This document shows positions 60,637 to 64,000 of a stretch of 64,000 nucleotides of DNA, piece after piece. The stretch comes from a bacterium (lineage in GTDB: Bacteria; UBA8248), in NCBI GenBank assembly GCA_965204535.1, contig OZ241996.1:1408001-1472000 (forward strand). The letters are read 5' to 3'. The stretch's first letter is position 1, and each line of letters starts with the position of its first letter. The position numbers were made by a program, and so were the translations under genes. Below the pieces are notes generated by a model. The model was not told the origin of the DNA. It saw nothing but the letters and a program-made list of their open reading frames with translations, and did not search any database.

Positions 60637-60679
60637 TTGTCCTACCAGTAAATTTACGTCTGTTTCCCAGAAGTGTCAA
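60637..60679 (-). promoter_or_regulatory. sigma70 promoter with FadR-type operator at the start site
   Basis: Minus strand TTGACA-17 nt-TAAATT, then TGGTAGGACAA. Confidence 0.7.
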
Positions 60680-60815
60680 CCGTAAATACGGGCAAATACC
60701 GGGTTTTGGGTCGAATATGCGGAAATCGGCGAGACATATTGCCTTATTTTCATTTCCCCATCGAAATTCAGGGTTTCAATTTGTAGGGACTTCTCCGACC
60801 TCCGAGATGTTCGCC

Positions 60816-60905
60816 GTAGGGACAGGCCCCCGTGCCTGTCCTCCTGAATCGCAACCACGGAGATGGGTAAATCCGATACGGGCGGCCACGGGGGGCCGCC
60901 CCTAC
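60816..60905. repeat. free-standing GTAG-type REP doublet
   Basis: GTAGGGACAGGCCCCCGTGCCTGTCC...GGGCGGCCACGGGGGGCCGCCCCTAC; same doublet inside element 4, half-copy at ~41482. Confidence 0.8.
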
Positions 60906-61025
60906 GAAGCCTCTTCGTTCATCATCCCGATTCCCGCAGGGGCGCATCCCCACCTACCCCCGCCCGTATCAAAATGCTAGGATTTCCCGTCTTCAATTTC
61001 GCCTCATCATCTTCTCAATGAAAGA

Positions 61026-62249
61026 TTGAACGCCTTGAAGAAATGGCAACTCCTCGGCCTGCTCACCATCGGCCACGCTTGCGAACACTGGTTCCAGGGC
61101 GTTCTGGGGCCCGTCATCCCCTACCTGACCGACGACTTGGGCCTCACGCTCACCCAGGTGGGACTCCTCTTCACCGGCAGAGCGGTCATGAGCGCCTTGA
61201 GCAGCGTGGGAACGGGCTACGTGATCGACGTCTACGGCGGCGGGAAATGGCTGCTGGTCGGGTGCATGGCTTCGGCCGCCCTGTTCTACGGCGGGGCGGG
61301 CTTCGCGACGGGATTCTGGACGCTCGCCCCCATCATCTGGCTGAGCGGTCTGGCGACGCACACCTGGCACCCTCCCTCCATGGGGCTGCTGGGCATGCGC
61401 TTCGATGATCGAAAGGGTTTCGCCCTGGGCGTGCACGGCACGGGCGCGAACCTGGGGCAGACCCTGGCCCCCATCATCGCGGGTTATCTGCTCCTCCTCA
61501 TGAGCTGGCGGGGCGTCCTGCTGGCGAACACGATTCCTCTTCTCGTCACGGCGATGCTCTTGTGGATTTTTCTGGAGCCGTTTCAGATCAGCGGAAAGCA
61601 AAAACCCGGCTCCTCGATCACCCCCCGCAATTTCGTGGATGCGCTCATCAAAAACCCGGGGATGATGGGGGCTTGCGTCTTCTCGGGCGTGCGGACGCTC
61701 GCGCACAACATCGTCGCGATTTTCCTGCCCATCCTGCTGGTGAGAAAATACGGCGTGGGGCCGAGCACCCTGGGCCTTGCGCTCGGCGTGTATTCGGCGG
61801 CCTCCATATTTCCCGAAACGATCGTGGGCTATCTCTCCGACAGGATTTCCCGGAAATTGATCCTCTTCATCGGGACCGCCGCCGGCGGAATCGCGCTGTT
61901 CCTGATCCCCCACGCGGGCACGGGAATTTTCCTCTACGTCTGCGTCGCGTCGGTCGGCGTTTTTCTCATCTCCATGCGCTCGGCGATTTTCGCATACGGC
62001 TTCGAGGTCAGCCCGCCCAGGCTGGCGGGAAGCGTCGTCGGCGTAATTTTTACGGCGAACCAGATTTTTGTTGGCCTGGGGTTGTTCTTTCTGGGTATAC
62101 TGGCGGATGCATACGGCTTGGAGCTCGTTTTCGGGACCATCGGCATCGCATGTCTGGGGAGTCTGGTCGCTTTCTCCTGGTTGCCTCGATCGGAGAAGAA
62201 TCCGGACCTTCAGCAGGCAGCGGCGAATCCGGGAGATCTTGTGCGCTAG
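61026..62249 (+). CDS. MFS transporter
   Basis: About 12 hydrophobic segments; GYVIDVYG and GYLSDRISRK loop motifs; WHPP, GFALGVHG.GANLG. Confidence 0.9.
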   Translation: MNALKKWQLLGLLTIGHACEHWFQGVLGPVIPYLTDDLGLTLTQVGLLFTGRAVMSALSSVGTGYVIDVYGGGKWLLVGCMASAALFYGGAGFATGFWTLAPIIWLSGLATHTWHPPSMGLLGMRFDDRKGFALGVHGTGANLGQTLAPIIAGYLLLLMSWRGVLLANTIPLLVTAMLLWIFLEPFQISGKQKPGSSITPRNFVDALIKNPGMMGACVFSGVRTLAHNIVAIFLPILLVRKYGVGPSTLGLALGVYSAASIFPETIVGYLSDRISRKLILFIGTAAGGIALFLIPHAGTGIFLYVCVASVGVFLISMRSAIFAYGFEVSPPRLAGSVVGVIFTANQIFVGLGLFFLGILADAYGLELVFGTIGIACLGSLVAFSWLPRSEKNPDLQQAAANPGDLVR

Positions 62250-62279
62250 TCCTTCATGATTTGTGCGGGGGGATGTCAT

Positions 62280-64000
62280 ATGAGCGTTCGGATTGAAGAG
62301 CATCCGGGATTTTCCCATATCGAAAAACTCTTGCCGGGCGGCGCTCCCACGCCCGCGGCGAAGGACCTCCTGGCCCTGATCGGGGTCAGCGATCCGGTAG
62401 GCGTAACCAGAAATCTCCAGTCCCTGGCCTTGCACCCCGCGTTCCCGCGCAACAACTCCGAGTTTTTGCTCCAATTGTTGTCCTCTCTGCGCAACACGTT
62501 CGACCCCGAACGCGCCCTGAGCAATTTCGAGCGCATTCTGGGCACCCGCGAGAATCCGGACCTGCTGTTGAGATCCCTCACCCGCTCGGATGAGCGCAGG
62601 GCGGAATTTTTCGCGCTGGCGGGCGGGAGCCAGTTCCTGATCGAAACGATTCTGCGGCATCCCCGTTTTCTCGACTGGCTCCTGCGGCCCGGCACACTGA
62701 GTACCGCCCGCACGAAGGAAAAAATGGTCTCCGAGCTATGGAAGTGGGTGCAGGAGAACCGGGATGAGGCCAATGGGCCGGAAAACGCGATGCGCCGGTT
62801 CCGTCAGCGCGAATACCTGAGAATCGCGGTGCTGGATCTGTTGCGGCGGGCGTCGCTCATGGAAATCACCACGAATCTCTCCCACCTGGCGGACGCCTGC
62901 CTGGAGGTGGCGGTCCGCCTCGCAAGGGCCGAGCTCGTGGAAAAATACGGGAAACCCCGCCACAAAGGGGCGGACGGGAGATGGCGAAGCACCGAATTCA
63001 GCGTGATCGGGATGGGCAAGCTCGGCGGGCTGGAGCTCAACTTCAGTTCGGACATCGATCTGATCTTCGTGTATTCATCGGACGAAGGAGAGACGACCGG
63101 GGTGACGGACGCGATCACGGGCCGGACGAAAAGGAGCATCTCCAACCACGAGTTTTTCGCCCATCTCTCCCGGCGCCTCATATCCCTGATGGCGAAAAAC
63201 ACCGAAGAGGGCCACGTGTTCCGGATAGACACGCGCCTCAGGCCCGAGGGGTCGCAAGGCGCACTGGCGTATTCACTCAGAAGCTGTGAGGTGTATTACG
63301 AATCCTGGGGCGAGACGTGGGAGCGGCAGGCTCTCATCAAATCCCGGCACTGCGCGGGTTCCGCCGCCTTGAGCGATGACTTCATGAAGATGATTCGCCC
63401 GTTCGTGTACCGGCGGACGATGGACATCAGCGTGCTCGAGGAGATCGGCCGCATCAAGGGCCGCATCAACGAAAACCTGAAGGGCGTGGACGCGGCGACG
63501 CGAAACGTGAAGCTCGGCGAAGGCGGCATCCGCGAGATCGAATTCATCACCCAGGCATTGCAGCTCATCTACGGCGGCCGCGAAACGCTTCTCCAGAACC
63601 CGGGCACGCTGGCGGGCCTTTCCATCATCGAGGCGCTCGGCCTTTTGCCCGCCCATGAATGCGACCAGCTCTCGAACGCCTACGTGTTCCTAAGAGACGT
63701 AGAGCACCGCGTGCAGGTCACGCACGGGCTTCAGACGCACGAGGTTCCGGCGGATGAGAAGAGCCTGAACGTGCTGGCGCGCAAGATGGACTGCGCGGAA
63801 AGCGCTGAACTGAGAACCCGGCTGGCGTATCACCAGAACAACGTATCCAGGGTTTTTGAAAACATGTTCCGGGGTGAAAACGGGGAAGAGGAAACGCCGT
63901 CGCCGAGCGGTGCCCCGACGCCGGCGCTTACGCTGGGCGACTCGCTGTCCGCCGAGGATCTGGGCTCCTACAGCTTTGTGGACCCCGAAGGCGTGAGCAC
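62280..64000 (+). CDS. glnE: glutamine synthetase adenylyltransferase, 3' end outside window
   Basis: Manual translation: VIGMGKLGGLELNFSSDIDL, FRIDTRLRPEG, WERQALIK, VKLGEGGIREIEF. Confidence 0.95.
   Translation, partial: MSVRIEEHPGFSHIEKLLPGGAPTPAAKDLLALIGVSDPVGVTRNLQSLALHPAFPRNNSEFLLQLLSSLRNTFDPERALSNFERILGTRENPDLLLRSLTRSDERRAEFFALAGGSQFLIETILRHPRFLDWLLRPGTLSTARTKEKMVSELWKWVQENRDEANGPENAMRRFRQREYLRIAVLDLLRRASLMEITTNLSHLADACLEVAVRLARAELVEKYGKPRHKGADGRWRSTEFSVIGMGKLGGLELNFSSDIDLIFVYSSDEGETTGVTDAITGRTKRSISNHEFFAHLSRRLISLMAKNTEEGHVFRIDTRLRPEGSQGALAYSLRSCEVYYESWGETWERQALIKSRHCAGSAALSDDFMKMIRPFVYRRTMDISVLEEIGRIKGRINENLKGVDAATRNVKLGEGGIREIEFITQALQLIYGGRETLLQNPGTLAGLSIIEALGLLPAHECDQLSNAYVFLRDVEHRVQVTHGLQTHEVPADEKSLNVLARKMDCAESAELRTRLAYHQNNVSRVFENMFRGENGEEETPSPSGAPTPALTLGDSLSAEDLGSYSFVDPEGVS

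Overview
A 64-kb stretch of a high-GC bacterial chromosome; the taxon cannot be determined from sequence alone. Core genes include nlpD-like (partial), pcm, surE, two tRNA-Pro genes, secA, lgt, a degQ-like protease, mobA, moeA and glnE (partial). Also present are two metY paralogues, a GldAFG-DUF4340-type ABC operon, a DtxR-type regulator with an Fe(III) ABC transporter, a catabolic cluster (ACAD, enolase-superfamily, FAH, CMD, SDR), TctCBA, and a GntR-linked three-subunit 2-oxoacid:ferredoxin oxidoreductase of the oxalate-oxidoreductase type. Most notable: (i) at least six 170-370 bp intergenic elements with shared GGGG(T/C)TGTTGAAAAA termini and interchangeable REP-type palindrome cargo; (ii) a CIRCE (HrcA) operator directly after the promoter of the Gld-like ABC operon; (iii) an in-frame UGA with a SECIS-like hairpin that makes a UxxC DUF3179 selenoprotein; (iv) an OOR-like enzyme with the YPIRP Arg but Ala at the expected switch-loop Asp; (v) a repeat-bounded cassette region with an integrase remnant; (vi) a low-GC two-gene islet; (vii) a ~22-kb low-GC, repeat-free trough that contains secA. 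All family calls come from motif recognition, not database searches.
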